A stretch of 63,511 bases of DNA, counting the filler. It is 6 parts of 6 records of this genome, joined end to end, with 100 filler letters (N's around TTAATTAATTAA, not from the genome) between each part and the next. Parts side by side here need not be neighbours in the genome. Positions count along the whole stretch, not along the records: positions 57,739 to 63,511 come from SRR20825019_2077; 5 more parts are not named here. The stretch is one strand, 5' to 3'. Made by a program: the position numbers and the translations under genes. Below, one piece after another: positions 63,436-63,511 of the stretch (positions are counted from its first letter, which is position 1; every line of letters begins with the position of its first letter). The notes beneath the pieces were generated by a model, which did no database searches, had not been told where the DNA came from, and saw only the letters and a list, made by a program, of their open reading frames with translations.

Positions 63436-63511
63436 CAAGGCGCGATTTTAATGTCTTACACATCTTGCAATCCTGTGTTGAATTTTAATCTTGACCAAAT
63501 GATCAGGATTG

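Overview
The window is not one genome. It is six contigs joined by artificial 100-bp spacers (N44-TTAATTAATTAA-N44). (1) 1-18039 is an alphaproteobacterial contig (Thalassospira-like, by inference). After an MBL-fold hydrolase comes a dif-like Xer site (764-791), then the early half of an integrase-less prophage resembling tailless PM2-like phages: repressor, DUF736, Rep_trans rolling-circle initiator, P13/P14-like pair and P9-like packaging ATPase. The prophage is cut at 6181 by a Tn3-family transposon. That transposon carries decayed metal-resistance remnants (nreB-like, merR/merT, ISL3) and a nested Tn21-type element with an IS3, a group II intron RT fragment and an intact, Pho-box-preceded ptxABCDE phosphite-oxidation operon. 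(2) 18140-36111 and (3) 36212-43781 are AT-rich Flavobacteriaceae housekeeping DNA. (4) 43882-52147 and (5) 52248-57638 are intron-less eukaryotic DNA, probably kinetoplastid: an 8-kb low-complexity ORF and a multi-TM class III adenylate cyclase. (6) 57739-63511 is an alphaproteobacterial DeoR regulator, a LOG-like gene and an ABC importer. All family assignments come from motif recognition by eye; no database searches were run.
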